From the IMG/VR virus record IMGVR_UViG_3300034095_001343, positions 1 to 64,000 of that record: a DNA stretch of 64,000 bases, one strand, 5' to 3'. Made by a program: the position numbers and the translations under genes. The notes beneath the pieces are model-generated. The model did not search any database, had not been told where the DNA came from, and worked only from the letters and a program-made list of their open reading frames with translations. Shown here piece after piece: positions 47,461 to 56,942 of the stretch; position 1 is the first letter of the stretch; the number at the start of each line of letters is the position of its first letter. This stretch comes from a virus.

Positions 47461-47492
47461 ATGAAAAGATAAAAAAAATTATTAAATTCAAT

Positions 47493-47538
47493 AAAGAGCT
47501 GTGCAATTCTGTAAGGATATACTGCACAGCTCTTTTTT
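47493..47538 (+). terminator. Hairpin plus T-tract just upstream of nrdB
   Basis: AAAGAGCTGTGCA...TGCACAGCTCTTTTTT. Confidence 0.6.
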
Positions 47539-47560
47539 ATATAGAAACAATAAAACAAAT

Positions 47561-49522
47561 ATGAAAGCAAACATTTTTGAACCAAGATTAAACATTTTAC
47601 CTTATGAATACCCTCAGTTATTAGCATATAAAGATGCTATTCGTCACTCTTACTGGATTGATACTGAGTATAATTTTACTACAGATATTGATGACTTTAG
47701 AGTAAAAGTTACAGATAGTGAAAGAGAAGTTATTAAAAGAACAATGTTAGCCATTGCGCAGATTGAAGTTAATGTAAAAACTTTCTGGGCTGATATGTAT
47801 AAGCGTATGCCTATCACAGAAATAGGAGATGTAGGTATGACCTTTGCTGAATGTCATGGTGAAGGTACAGAAATACTAACCTTAAAGGGTTGGATAGACT
47901 TTAAGAATATTACTAACAATACAGAAGTTATTCAGTATGATATAGAAACTGATACAATGACATCTGTTTTACCAACTAATATAATAAATAAACCTTACAA
48001 AGGGAAAATGCATAGGATTAAAAACCAAACATACAATGCATTGCTAACTCCTAATCATAACATTATATATAGGACAAGAAGTGGTAATGTTATGAAAAAG
48101 ACCATTAAAGAAATCACTAAATTTAATAGTGATATGAAATTACCTTTTTCAGGAAAACTTCTCCATGATGGAATACAAGAGTTAACACCTATTGAAAGAT
48201 TAAGAATTGCTATACAAGCTGATGGATCTTCTAGATTTTGGAATAAGAATGGTGAGAAGATAAGAAGAGGATTAGAAACAAATAGTCATACTTATGAAAT
48301 TTCAGTTAAAAAAGAGAGAAAGAAACTTAGACTAAAAAATCTTATAATAGAATCAGGATTAACATACAGAGAATTTGAAGTATCAAGACCTGAATATGTA
48401 AAGTATGAAATAGATTTTCCTACTGATTATGATTTAAAACAGTTTAATTGGGTTGATTTATCAGATAAATCTCAGAATTGGTGTAACCATTTTATTGAAG
48501 AATTGATTGAGTGGGATGGAACAAGATTGGAAGGTAAGGGTAATGCTAAGAATTGTCTTATGAAATATTCTACTACTAATAAATTATGTGCTGATAAGGT
48601 TCAAGCTGTAGGTATTTTAGCAGGTTACAGAACTAATATAAATACTAAAACAGATAATAGAAAAGATTCATATAAAGATATTTATACTGTAAGTTTTGTA
48701 AATACAGAAAATTATTCATCAATAACATATACACCTACTATTGAGGATTATGATGGTAATATATACTGTGTAACTGTTCCAACGGGATGCATTGTAACTA
48801 GATATAATAATAAAGTTTTAATTTCAGGAAACTCAGAAGTTCGTCACAAAGATGCATATGCAAGACTGCTTAGAATTCTAGGTTTAGAAGATGAGTTTAA
48901 AACAGTAATTGAAATACCAGCTATTGAAGGTAGAATCAAATACCTAAAGAAGTACTTAGACGGTTCCCGCAGTAAGGATAATAAGATGTATACTAAATCT
49001 GTGCTATTATTTTCTCTATTCATTGAGCACGTTAGTTTGTTTAGTCAGTTCTTAATTATGATGTCTTTCAATAAGGAAAAGAATCTTTTTAAAGGTATCT
49101 CAAATGTTGTTGAGGCTACCAGCAAAGAAGAGGATATTCACGGTAATTTTGGTGTTGAGATTATTAATATCATTAAGTCTGAAAATCCTGAATGGTTTGA
49201 TACAGATTTTGAAGAGTTAATTTACTCCGCCTGTTTGAAAGCTTATGCCGCTGAATGCGGTATATTAGACTGGATTTTTGAAAAGGGTGAGTTAGAGTTT
49301 CTAAATAAGGAAACTATTCAAGAATTTATTAAGAATAGATTTAATAATTCTCTTAGAAAGATTAACATGCAGCCCTTATTTGAAATTAATACCAATTCGT
49401 TAGAATCAACAAAATGGTTTGAGGTAGAGATTACCGCAACTAAAGAGGGTGACTTCTTTTATAAAAAACAAATAGACTATAACAAAAAATCTAAAGCAAT
49501 TACAGAAGATGACTTATTTTAA
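47561..49522 (+). CDS. nrdB: Ribonucleotide reductase class I beta subunit containing an intein
   Basis: IAQIEV, (intein)SEVRH, IEHVSLFSQF, EEDIH, DFFYK; start ATG 47561. Confidence 0.92.
   Translation: MKANIFEPRLNILPYEYPQLLAYKDAIRHSYWIDTEYNFTTDIDDFRVKVTDSEREVIKRTMLAIAQIEVNVKTFWADMYKRMPITEIGDVGMTFAECHGEGTEILTLKGWIDFKNITNNTEVIQYDIETDTMTSVLPTNIINKPYKGKMHRIKNQTYNALLTPNHNIIYRTRSGNVMKKTIKEITKFNSDMKLPFSGKLLHDGIQELTPIERLRIAIQADGSSRFWNKNGEKIRRGLETNSHTYEISVKKERKKLRLKNLIIESGLTYREFEVSRPEYVKYEIDFPTDYDLKQFNWVDLSDKSQNWCNHFIEELIEWDGTRLEGKGNAKNCLMKYSTTNKLCADKVQAVGILAGYRTNINTKTDNRKDSYKDIYTVSFVNTENYSSITYTPTIEDYDGNIYCVTVPTGCIVTRYNNKVLISGNSEVRHKDAYARLLRILGLEDEFKTVIEIPAIEGRIKYLKKYLDGSRSKDNKMYTKSVLLFSLFIEHVSLFSQFLIMMSFNKEKNLFKGISNVVEATSKEEDIHGNFGVEIINIIKSENPEWFDTDFEELIYSACLKAYAAECGILDWIFEKGELEFLNKETIQEFIKNRFNNSLRKINMQPLFEINTNSLESTKWFEVEITATKEGDFFYKKQIDYNKKSKAITEDDLF
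47852..48832 (+). mobile_element. Intein (327 aa) with LAGLIDADG-type endonuclease domain
   Basis: FAE|CHGEGTEILT...TPNH...IYCVTVPTG...ISGN|SEVRH; IAIQADG and LIEWDG motifs. Confidence 0.9.
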
Positions 49523-49526
49523 AAAT

Positions 49527-51152
49527 ATGGAAAGAAAGAAATATTATTGGCTCAATGAAGATAGCCGTACATTTTTATCAAGGGGTTACATTAATGAAAC
49601 TCCTGAACAACGTATACATGATATTGCAGTAATAGCTGAAAAGTATCTTAAGGTTAATGGCTTTGCTAAAAAGTTTGAAGACTACATGGCCAGAGGTTTT
49701 TATAGTTTATCTACCCCGGTATGGATTAACTTTGGTAAACAAAAAGGTTTGCCTATTAGTTGCTATGGTTCTAATGTGGATGACAATCTTGATAGCATAT
49801 TAAATGCAGGGCGTGAGATTGGTATGATGTCTAAGTATGGAGGGGGAACCTCTGTTTTTTTAGGAAACATTAGACCAAGAGGTAGTGCAATAACAACAGG
49901 TGGCACTGCAGATGGGCCCGTGCATTATGCTAGAATCTATGATACAGTCGTAGATGTATGTAAACAATCTGAAGCAAGACGTGGAGCTTGTGCTGCATGG
50001 TTACCTGTTGAGCATGCAGACATACTTGAGTTCTTAGAGATTGGCGGAGAAGGAAACCCTATTCAAAACTTACAGTTTGGTGTTACAGTCACTGACAAAT
50101 GGATTGAAGAAATGAAAGCTGGAGATTCTGACAAACGTAAAGTCTGGGCCAAGATAATTCAAAAAAGAAATGAGTTTGGTTTTCCTTACATTATGTTCAA
50201 GGACAATACCAATAACAATTCACCGTATAAAGAATTAGGATATGATATTACAGCAAGTAACTTATGTTCTGAAATTCAATTACCAACTGATTCATTCAAT
50301 TCATTTGTATGTTGTTTAGGATCTATTAACCTTTTACACTGGGATGAGATTGTTAAAACAGATGCTATTGAAACTTATACATTATTCTTAAATGCAGTAA
50401 TTGAAGAATTTATTACTAAATCTAAAGCAATGCCTGGAATGTCTAGAGCACATAGTTTTGCAAAAGAACATAGAGCAATTGGATTAGGTGTACTAGGATG
50501 GCATTCATATTTGCAATCTCAACTTATTGAGTTTGAATCAATGGAAGCTAAATTTTTAAATGTCCAAGTTTTTAAAATACTTAAAGAAAGATCTGAGGCT
50601 GCATCGAGAGAACTATGTGAAATTGGTAATGTAAAGTCAATTAGACCAGGATATGCAAATACTACACTAATTGCAATTGCTCCAACAAAATCTAGTTCAT
50701 TCATACATGGACAAGTATCTATGGGTATTGAACCAATCAAATCAAATTACTTTATAAAGGATTTGGCTAAGTCTAAGACTATCTACAAGAATCCTTTTTT
50801 AGAATGTGAATTAGAAAAGTATGGTTTGAATACACCTGAAACATGGGAAAGTATTTTAAAGAAAGATGGGTCAGTTCAACATTTAGATTTCCCTACTAAA
50901 AAAGTATTTAAATCATTTATTGAGATTAGCCCTAAAGAAGTTATTATACAAGCTGCTGCAAGACAAAAGTTTATTGATCAATCACAGTCATTAAATATAA
51001 TGATTCATCCATCAGTACCAGCTAAAGATATTAACCAGCTTTATTTATTTGCACATGAGACGGGAGTTAAAACTCTTTACTATCAATTTAGTCAAAGTTC
51101 AGCACAAGCATTCTCAAGAAATATATTAGAATGCGCAAGCTGTGAAGCATAA
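49527..51152 (+). CDS. nrdA: Ribonucleotide reductase class I alpha subunit (no ATP cone)
   Basis: PISC, SNLCSEI, CCLGS, APTKSSS, KTLYY, C-terminal CASCE. Confidence 0.93.
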   Translation: MERKKYYWLNEDSRTFLSRGYINETPEQRIHDIAVIAEKYLKVNGFAKKFEDYMARGFYSLSTPVWINFGKQKGLPISCYGSNVDDNLDSILNAGREIGMMSKYGGGTSVFLGNIRPRGSAITTGGTADGPVHYARIYDTVVDVCKQSEARRGACAAWLPVEHADILEFLEIGGEGNPIQNLQFGVTVTDKWIEEMKAGDSDKRKVWAKIIQKRNEFGFPYIMFKDNTNNNSPYKELGYDITASNLCSEIQLPTDSFNSFVCCLGSINLLHWDEIVKTDAIETYTLFLNAVIEEFITKSKAMPGMSRAHSFAKEHRAIGLGVLGWHSYLQSQLIEFESMEAKFLNVQVFKILKERSEAASRELCEIGNVKSIRPGYANTTLIAIAPTKSSSFIHGQVSMGIEPIKSNYFIKDLAKSKTIYKNPFLECELEKYGLNTPETWESILKKDGSVQHLDFPTKKVFKSFIEISPKEVIIQAAARQKFIDQSQSLNIMIHPSVPAKDINQLYLFAHETGVKTLYYQFSQSSAQAFSRNILECASCEA

Positions 51153-51209
51153 TTTTAAGGGGGAAGATATAAACCATGTAGGTTGAAAATCTGAACCCCT
51201 TATAATTTC

Positions 51210-54200
51210 TTATTTAATATAGAAGTTGGTCAGATTTAAGAATTCATTGTATTTCTTAATTGAATATAATATAGGCACTACATCTGCCCAGTTTTTATAA
51301 AGTTTTATTTCTCTCTTTCTAGTTCCTCTTTGATAAACATAATCTGAATCTAAGTAGAAATCTTCTTTACCTTCAACCAGATAAGCAAGCGGTGTCATTA
51401 CACTTAAAGATAATGCTTCACCAAACTCACCCAAGGTTCTTGTTGATGCAATAGGAGATTTAAACATTTGATAGATTTGCTGAGCACCTATAGGAGTAAA
51501 TAGAATAAGTTCCTTATAAGTTCTATCTGCTTGATATCTCATAAAGTTTTCCATTCTCTTTTCAAACTCAGTATCATCATCATCATCTGAGAACATTGCT
51601 GCAAGAATACCATTAAGAGCAACTGTCACCATGATGATTCCAATTTCTCCTAAAGTTCTATAGGCACCAAACAGTTTGTCTCTGGCTCTTTGATCTCTCT
51701 GTGAACCATCTCCAGTATAACCATATTGCTCCATAAAGTTCTCACTATGCTTACCAAATTCAAGTTGAAACGTAGCAAGCTGTTTTGTGCTATAAGCTAA
51801 AAATTTCCAGAAGGCTCTATATCTACCTTCCATCCATCCTAAGTTTTCATCAAAGTATTCTCTACGAAATCTTGCTTTAATTGCTGGAGCAACCCACTTG
51901 TGAAATTGTGCAGCAAGTCTACCAACAGCATATGATTGAATAACCATTCTATCATCCTTAGCATAGTTACCGTGAATTTGTTTATTCACTTCACGGATCT
52001 TATTTCTAAGTTGATATCTAAAGTCATTAGTGTATTTGACTTCTTTAATTACTTTAGGCTTTCCTTCATCATCAACATTCTTTCTATCAAGGGTTACAAT
52101 TGTATCATAACCATCTTTTAGTTTTGCTTCTTTTGTTTCTGAATCAAATTCAAAAGCATCATACATAGAGATGATATCTCCAGTTGCTTTATTCATGATC
52201 ATGGTATCTATAAGGATAGCCATACCAATCTTAGTCTGAACATTGTATTCAGCCATATCTTGAAGTACATAACCAAAGTCAGCAGCTTTTCTAAACCAAG
52301 ACTTGCCAATAGGCTCAGGACCAAATTGACTTTCACGTATGTCAGATTTAGCATCCATCATTCTAAATAAATCAACTAAAGCTTCATACTTACTTGAAGG
52401 CTCTTCAGGATCATAATCTGATTTATTAAAAGGTTTCTTTGCAACAGCTCCCAATCTTACTACAAGATCTGGCAAAGCTCTTTTGTTAAATTCAAACTCA
52501 GCTCTAGCATATGAAGAACCAGCAAAGAATCTTTGACCCAGTGCTTCAATAGTATTGTTAATTCTACCTAAAGCATAGTTATTAAAGTTACCAAATGGGT
52601 TAAATGCCACATAAGATAAAGATGAATATTCCATCAAACCGTCAGTAACTTTTTCTAAGAAGCCTTTAGTGATTCTATCATTGTCATAGTATACCATTGA
52701 CATCCACTTCTTAGCTCTCTTAACTACGTTACTTTCAGCTCCACCTTTTTTACCTTTTGGTATGAACTTACCTTTTACCCACTTTCCTAATGTTACTCCA
52801 GGATCTGCAGGTTGGTAACTACGTTGTTCAAGAACTTTAATGAAAGCTTTAAAGGTGTCTTCAACTGTAGACATCACTTCATAATGTTCAGCCATTGAAC
52901 TGAATCTCATGAGGGCCGTACCCATATCTTTATTAATCTCACCTTTAGAAGGTCTTGCTTGAATAGTTGCAAGTCTTCCTTTTAAAATAGGCATTTGATT
53001 ATCATAGGCATCTCTAGTTACAAAACCTTTCTTTCTGTTATTTTCTAATGCAGTAATCTCTGCATTAATTGCAGCAAGCTCTTCATCTGTTCTTGCTCTT
53101 CCTGTATAGAAGATAGGAAGCTGATCAATAAGATTACCTTCTTCATCTAATACAATACCTCTCTGTTCTGCAGTTTCTGATACAAGATTGTTAACACTTC
53201 TTGTAGCCTTAGACCAAAGCTTACCTACAATATTAGGTTTAGCTTTTATATCTTGGAATAATTTACCTTTTACTACGGGCACATTACCTAACATTTGAGA
53301 TCTATATCCCATAGGTAATTTGCCAAGTAATTGATTTTCATAGTAATTTACAAATGCTAAATAAAACTCTTTTTGAGTTTGACCTAATGCATCTGAAGGA
53401 TTCATAATTTTTTCATACTTTTCACTTACCATTCTCTCACCAGTACGCAGATTATAATCATTTGCAATACGGTTTTGTGGTTTAACAGCATGGAACACAG
53501 ACTCTCTTACAATTGCTCCAGTAAAATTACCATTCTGATCTTTTTTAGCATATGTATATTCAACTTCATTAAAATACTTAGCTAAGTAAACTTGATAAGC
53601 TCTGTCAGATACACCAGCCTTTCTTCTCCATACAGGTTTGCCATTAACCGGAACATAGTATTGGAACTTAGCTCTTTCAGTTTTAAACTCATCAGTGTAT
53701 TTATGGAAGTCCCCATCCATAAGTTTATCATCTAGACCCACTCTTTCAGCAGCCCAGAATGCAGCATACTCAGACTTAGCCTTAGCAAGTTTAATGTTAA
53801 ACTCTAAATCTTCTTTTTTAGCAGTTGCTGCTTCACTTACATCTCTATATTCTAAGGCATTACCATTTTCATCATAGAGTTTATCTCTAAGCTCCTGTTG
53901 CTTTTTATAGTATTGTCTACCTAATCTTTGAACATATCTTCCGTTAAATTCACCATCATCGTCAAACTCAAGCATGAAGTCATACATTTCTTGAGTATTC
54001 TTATTAGGAGATAGTTTCTGAAGTCTTGATGCTAGACCTGCAATAGTTCTGTTTCTTGTTTCTACATTATCCAAAAGCTCTTGCTTTTTAGTCTTGTAGA
54101 TTTTATCCATTACTGCAAGAATAGTATCTCTTGAAGTTGCTAGATCACCAGTACCCAGTTCCATATAATCTATATCACGGGCATGCTTCATTAAATCATT

Positions 54201-56939
54201 TAAAACATCATCGGTTAAGTCATCTCTTGTTGACCAATTCTTAATCTGTGCTTTTACATAATTTGTAATAGCTTCATTGATAAGACCTTCTTGCTTTGAG
54301 TTACTAACACCCAAATTATTCAATTGAGTTTGTAACTGTAAGATTAAAGATTTCTGTGTAGCATTGATACCTTCAAGATCTTTTACAGAATATAATCCTT
54401 CAAAAGTTTTAATGAATCTATTGAAGTTAAGAACGTATGTAATGTATTCTGATTTGTCAAAGTTATCTACATTGTTTACATAGTCTGTAAAGTTTTTAAT
54501 CTGCTTGAAAGCATCTCTTAATAACTCTGTAAATAGTGCAGCACGTGCCTTAGGACCTTCAGCCATTGCTAAGCTAATGGCAGATAGAGCATTAAGAATA
54601 TTTTCTTCAGTTTGCTCTCTAGTTCTATCAATATAGATAGCACTTTTAATCTGCTCCATTGCTTTAAGCTTTGTTGTCAAAGCCATTCTATAGTTTTCTA
54701 AAGCTTGTGTAATAACTTCATACTCAGTATATGGATCAGCAAAGTCTGTATCTTCTGGCATCTTTTCAGCATCTGTTAATTCTGAATCCCAGTTAACAGC
54801 ATTGTCTAATGCATCATCAATGTTTTTCTCTAAATCTTCTAATGAAATTGAGTCAACATTTTTTGGAACAAGAAGATCAACATATAAACTATTTTGACTT
54901 GCAGGATGAGCCACCCATTCATCAGATCTAAACTCACCAGTGAATTCTTGCTGAGCATCTTTACCTTTGATACCAACTTGAATGTGGAAAGTAGAAGCAC
55001 CCATTTCACTCATGTCTACTTCATAACCCATATTTTCAAGCATCCTTCTATACATGTTTACTTGAATACCCTGTTGAGCTCTTGTAGAAAGACTTTCAAT
55101 CCCTGCCTTTTTAAGATCACTATTTTCTCCTAGTTTATATTCTTGGTCATACTTAAGTTTACCTTGAAGTCCTACTTTAGTTTTAGCTTGCTCACTTAAC
55201 ACCATATCTCTTACAGAGTTCTTGCTTGTCTTAAGATCAACAATTCTAAGTTTACCATCTGGCAAAACAACAAGAATGTCAATTGATCCGGCAGTCTTTG
55301 ACTTCTGGTCATAAACAACAACTTGAGGAACGGCAACACCGCCACCTCTAGTAATCTCTCTAAGATTTTCTTGTAATTGTAAATAAGCTTTCTCAGCTTG
55401 TTCTCTATTAAGAACTTTCATTTGAGAAAAGACTTCATCTAATTGTTTATCTGAAGTTAATCCTTGCAATAACTTATCAAAGTCATTACCCAGATCAATG
55501 TTCAGTTTCTTATTAAACATATCTTCTTCAGAAAGCTTTCCTTTAATTCTTTCTGTAGTAGAACTGAAAGTCTCAGTTGTATCTAATAAGTTATAGTATA
55601 CATGATTCTCTTCATTAAGAACAACAATTGGTCCTTCAAATCCGGCAGCCATTGAACCAACTTCTTCTTTTGTAGTTTGTGCTTGATGGAATAGTCTATT
55701 GATTATTTCAGCTTGAATTGCATTTGATTGTCTTGTAGCATAATCTACAGTAGACTGAAGTTCAGGAGTTAAAGAAAATCTAATCTTAGCATCTGCTCTA
55801 GCCGCTGCGTTAAACTGAATACCAGAAGTATTTAACAACTTAGCAATATCAGATAAAGTAGTTGTAGGTTTAATGTCTTGAAGATTAATTCTCACAACTT
55901 CAGAAGGTGTTTGAGATGGTTGAACAACTTCAGAACTTCTTAAAGAAGATATATTAATACCTGTAATATATTTATGAAGATTGTTTATAATATCAGCAAA
56001 CCAATCCAAAAACTCTTTTACTCTTTCTTTAAAGGTCTTGGTTGGATTTTCTTCATATTCTTTTTTGAAGTGTCTTGTCAAAGCTTGTGTAACAAGTTCA
56101 AGATCTCTGTGTCTTTGATTAAAACCACGTTTCTCACTATAAGCATCTTCAATTTGCTGACTTAATACTGGAAACATAGTCTTTGCTTCTGATAGTAATG
56201 AATCAAACAAAGCTTTATTATCTACAAACAAAGCATCTGTAAATGGGTGAAGTATCTCTTCAATAGCTGTCTCATCTGTAACACGTCCTCTAATTAAAAC
56301 AACTTTATTTGATAGAGGATTGAAATAAGAATTTACTTTTTCAAAAGGTACATTAGCTTTTTGAAATTCTGAAAGACTATTATAATAAGCTTGTGCCTCA
56401 GCAACTGAAACTAACTCTACTTCAACATTAGGAAACATTCTCATTAAATGAGTAACAACGTGTCTACTTCTAGTTTGATCCCAACCTCTTGTTGATTGCA
56501 TCATATCTTTAGAAGTAAATACATTCTCATCTACAGTAATTTTAACTAAATTTGCAGTAGGTTGAAAATTAACAGCCTTCTCAGGAATGTTATTAATATC
56601 AAGATATCTTTTTACTTTGTTCAGATTACTTTGCAAAACTTGAGCATCATAAGCTCTAGTTTGTCTGTTAGAGTTATTTATATAATATAAATTACCAATC
56701 TTGATAATTAAGTTCTTCCTAGATAAATTACCCAGAATAGCTTCTGCAAAATTTCTTTGCTGAATGTTAAAAGCAATTTTCTTATCCTTTAAGAATTGTT
56801 TTGCTTGTCCAACTGTAGGAAAAGCTTCACTATTATTTACATTTTGCCAAGACGTAATTATTCCATCAACCTGTATATTGCTACTGAAAGCACCTAATAA
56901 GTTTTTATATTCTTGGGTATTTCTATTAAAACATGCCAT
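51210..56939 (-). CDS. Giant virion (likely ejected) protein with PD-(D/E)XK nuclease-like and degenerate zincin-like domains
   Basis: 1909 aa; AGSIDIL...IVDLKTSK...Q..MY; TAIEEILHPF; next to the vRNAP gene. Confidence 0.7.
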   Translation of the reverse strand: MACFNRNTQEYKNLLGAFSSNIQVDGIITSWQNVNNSEAFPTVGQAKQFLKDKKIAFNIQQRNFAEAILGNLSRKNLIIKIGNLYYINNSNRQTRAYDAQVLQSNLNKVKRYLDINNIPEKAVNFQPTANLVKITVDENVFTSKDMMQSTRGWDQTRSRHVVTHLMRMFPNVEVELVSVAEAQAYYNSLSEFQKANVPFEKVNSYFNPLSNKVVLIRGRVTDETAIEEILHPFTDALFVDNKALFDSLLSEAKTMFPVLSQQIEDAYSEKRGFNQRHRDLELVTQALTRHFKKEYEENPTKTFKERVKEFLDWFADIINNLHKYITGINISSLRSSEVVQPSQTPSEVVRINLQDIKPTTTLSDIAKLLNTSGIQFNAAARADAKIRFSLTPELQSTVDYATRQSNAIQAEIINRLFHQAQTTKEEVGSMAAGFEGPIVVLNEENHVYYNLLDTTETFSSTTERIKGKLSEEDMFNKKLNIDLGNDFDKLLQGLTSDKQLDEVFSQMKVLNREQAEKAYLQLQENLREITRGGGVAVPQVVVYDQKSKTAGSIDILVVLPDGKLRIVDLKTSKNSVRDMVLSEQAKTKVGLQGKLKYDQEYKLGENSDLKKAGIESLSTRAQQGIQVNMYRRMLENMGYEVDMSEMGASTFHIQVGIKGKDAQQEFTGEFRSDEWVAHPASQNSLYVDLLVPKNVDSISLEDLEKNIDDALDNAVNWDSELTDAEKMPEDTDFADPYTEYEVITQALENYRMALTTKLKAMEQIKSAIYIDRTREQTEENILNALSAISLAMAEGPKARAALFTELLRDAFKQIKNFTDYVNNVDNFDKSEYITYVLNFNRFIKTFEGLYSVKDLEGINATQKSLILQLQTQLNNLGVSNSKQEGLINEAITNYVKAQIKNWSTRDDLTDDVLNDLMKHARDIDYMELGTGDLATSRDTILAVMDKIYKTKKQELLDNVETRNRTIAGLASRLQKLSPNKNTQEMYDFMLEFDDDGEFNGRYVQRLGRQYYKKQQELRDKLYDENGNALEYRDVSEAATAKKEDLEFNIKLAKAKSEYAAFWAAERVGLDDKLMDGDFHKYTDEFKTERAKFQYYVPVNGKPVWRRKAGVSDRAYQVYLAKYFNEVEYTYAKKDQNGNFTGAIVRESVFHAVKPQNRIANDYNLRTGERMVSEKYEKIMNPSDALGQTQKEFYLAFVNYYENQLLGKLPMGYRSQMLGNVPVVKGKLFQDIKAKPNIVGKLWSKATRSVNNLVSETAEQRGIVLDEEGNLIDQLPIFYTGRARTDEELAAINAEITALENNRKKGFVTRDAYDNQMPILKGRLATIQARPSKGEINKDMGTALMRFSSMAEHYEVMSTVEDTFKAFIKVLEQRSYQPADPGVTLGKWVKGKFIPKGKKGGAESNVVKRAKKWMSMVYYDNDRITKGFLEKVTDGLMEYSSLSYVAFNPFGNFNNYALGRINNTIEALGQRFFAGSSYARAEFEFNKRALPDLVVRLGAVAKKPFNKSDYDPEEPSSKYEALVDLFRMMDAKSDIRESQFGPEPIGKSWFRKAADFGYVLQDMAEYNVQTKIGMAILIDTMIMNKATGDIISMYDAFEFDSETKEAKLKDGYDTIVTLDRKNVDDEGKPKVIKEVKYTNDFRYQLRNKIREVNKQIHGNYAKDDRMVIQSYAVGRLAAQFHKWVAPAIKARFRREYFDENLGWMEGRYRAFWKFLAYSTKQLATFQLEFGKHSENFMEQYGYTGDGSQRDQRARDKLFGAYRTLGEIGIIMVTVALNGILAAMFSDDDDDTEFEKRMENFMRYQADRTYKELILFTPIGAQQIYQMFKSPIASTRTLGEFGEALSLSVMTPLAYLVEGKEDFYLDSDYVYQRGTRKREIKLYKNWADVVPILYSIKKYNEFLNLTNFYIK

Positions 56940-56942
56940 ATG

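Noticed and set aside
47501-47560. GTG start of nrdB at 47501
   Set aside because: Lies inside the hairpin; ATG 47561 has an A-rich leader and fits an NrdB N-terminus
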